A model generated the notes under the pieces. It was not told the DNA's origin. It saw only the letters and a program-made list of their open reading frames with translations, and searched no databases. From the NCBI RefSeq assembly GCF_003704095.1, contig NW_020845340.1, forward strand, positions 186,001-248,941: DNA of 62,941 nt, read 5' to 3'. This document shows, one piece after another, positions 61,385 through 62,941 of the stretch. This stretch comes from Pocillopora damicornis (lineage: Eukaryota). Numbering within the stretch: position 1 is the first letter of the stretch; every line of letters starts with the position of its first letter. Position numbers and translations under genes: made by a program.

Positions 61385-62255
61385 ATTTTTCCTCCAGTAA
61401 CACTCCTGCTTAATAGCCTTCATGATATCACTTGAGCAAATCTCACACCCTTCATTATCAACAGTTGACTTTGAAACTCCACAATAGCAGAACCTGTAGT
61501 CACAATCTCAAACTCTCTTAGGAATGTAAGAATTGGTGATATTCCTTTTCTTGATGCTGAATAAGCAATGCTGCTGGAGTCCCTTTCTCTCAGGCACACC
61601 ATGTGGACTAGTCGGTGTCTGAACACTGTCCACCAGTTTAAGTTCTTTTTAATTGGCATTGCATTTGTTTTCCACATACTAAGCCAGCTTAACATGCTTT
61701 GACTCTCTACCCTGCATTGAATTGAGGCCCAATTCATGGCCAAGCCTCAGATGTAACTTGCTAGTGTGATAAGAGATAGCATGTCCAACTCTCCTCAGAG
61801 TAAAAGTGATGACATTAGGAAACAAACAGTTGGCACTGAAAAAGTGTTCGCATAAGGTCTTTAGCTTTTCCACTAGCTTAATGCTCACCTCAACTCTTGA
61901 GTGAACAGAAACTGCAACTCTGAATTTGACTGCAACAAATGCCAGTGTGAAGTTTCACAACTGACCCCTTTGAAAGAGAGCTGATCTTCAGAGGTTCCTG
62001 TATCAAAGTGGCATAATGCCAACAAAAGTACTTAGATTCAAGCCCAGTGAATCCATATGAGAATATTCTTGCTGAACCACTGCAGAAAGGCCCACACTTG
62101 ACATTATCTTTCAGGCACTTCAAAACTGCAAGCAGAGGGGAACTGTGTGGAGGATCAGAGACTGTTGTTGCTACCTTGAGGTGACTCTGGTTTGTGTACT
62201 GCATTACAACAGAGAGTGCAGCTGAAAACTGGTTCTGTCAAGCACTGTTTGTGTT
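61385..62255 (-). pseudogene. Frameshifted relic of a probable DDE transposase (RAG1/Transib/Chapaev-like C-terminal core plus Cys-rich tail)
   Basis: Consecutive minus-strand pieces joined by frameshifts and stops: NTNSA*Q...FSYGFTGLESKYF...LKTLCEHFF...ISYHTSKL...LGLNSMQGRESKH...WWTVFRH...CYCG-x10-CEIC. The H-x(8)-G-x-x-G-x-x-S-x-Q-G-x-E pattern recalls RAG1 [22 protein letters not shown]. Confidence 0.5.
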
Positions 62256-62941
62256 ATATATTTTACATGACTTATTCAGATGCTGGGGATGCAAGAGTTA
62301 CACCAACTTACTTACCATTTCCCTCATAAGAATAATTGTGATTAATCTTAAAATACTCTGTCAATCTCAGTCCCAAGTGACAGCCACACTGCCAACTTAA
62401 AACTGGTTAACAAAGAATAGGAGAAGATGCATTTAACATGTGTATCTTCTTAGCAATTATTGATTGGTCACTTTAGAACAAAGATATGAGGGAGTTCTGC
62501 CCCACTGATATCGATACATTTCATAACCATACAGATAGTGCCCTCCATCTGCTTAACATTCTAGACATTCTAACAGTAACTGTGTGTCAAAACAATTATT
62601 TAAAGGTTTTGCATCCACAGCACAAAGGCCTGCTTAAGTGGATCCTTCCAAATTCATTTTCAATATGCAGGTAATATCCATGGATACAACACCAGATATG
62701 CTTACCAACAAAATTTATGTAAACCTTTAGTGTGCAATAACTGAAAAACACACACTTGTCTATTCAGGAACTAATCTTTATGACAAAATCCTTCTAGACT
62801 CAATATAACTTAAAATCTTCAATTTCTTTGAGCAACACTCTGAACATTTTCCTTATATCTACCTCATCATTATCATAATTAACATTATCATAATTACTAT
62901 TTTCTTTAAGTATAGTTCTGTTATCCCTCATTTGTTTTAAT

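Overview
This is eukaryotic (animal) genomic scaffold DNA, AT-rich and with several N gaps. The repeat families and gene content suggest a cnidarian, probably a scleractinian coral (inference). Left part: the first two coding exons of a FAM102/EEIG (NT-C2) gene (-); a single-exon LDAF1/promethin-like gene (-); and a 7-exon, 511-aa gene made only of death folds (CARD-CARD-DD-[DD-like]-DD, -), sitting head-to-head with a spliced PIGC gene (+, part probably in a gap). Right part (23-59.5 kb): a co-oriented tandem array of six intronless paralogous class A GPCRs with unusual motifs (no CWxP proline, no Asp3.32, no ECL2 Cys, almost no N-terminus), plus a seventh, more amine-receptor-like GPCR lacking the canonical disulfide. 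Between genes lie piggyBac-, Harbinger- and hAT-type MITEs, a tRNA-SINE-like insert, LINE fragments, repeats carrying minimal hammerhead-ribozyme cores, possible GAIN-domain relics and a decayed RAG1/Transib-like transposase ORF at the right end. The best candidates for new biology are the death-fold-only adaptor and the atypical GPCR array. All gene models were spliced by eye and no database searches were run.
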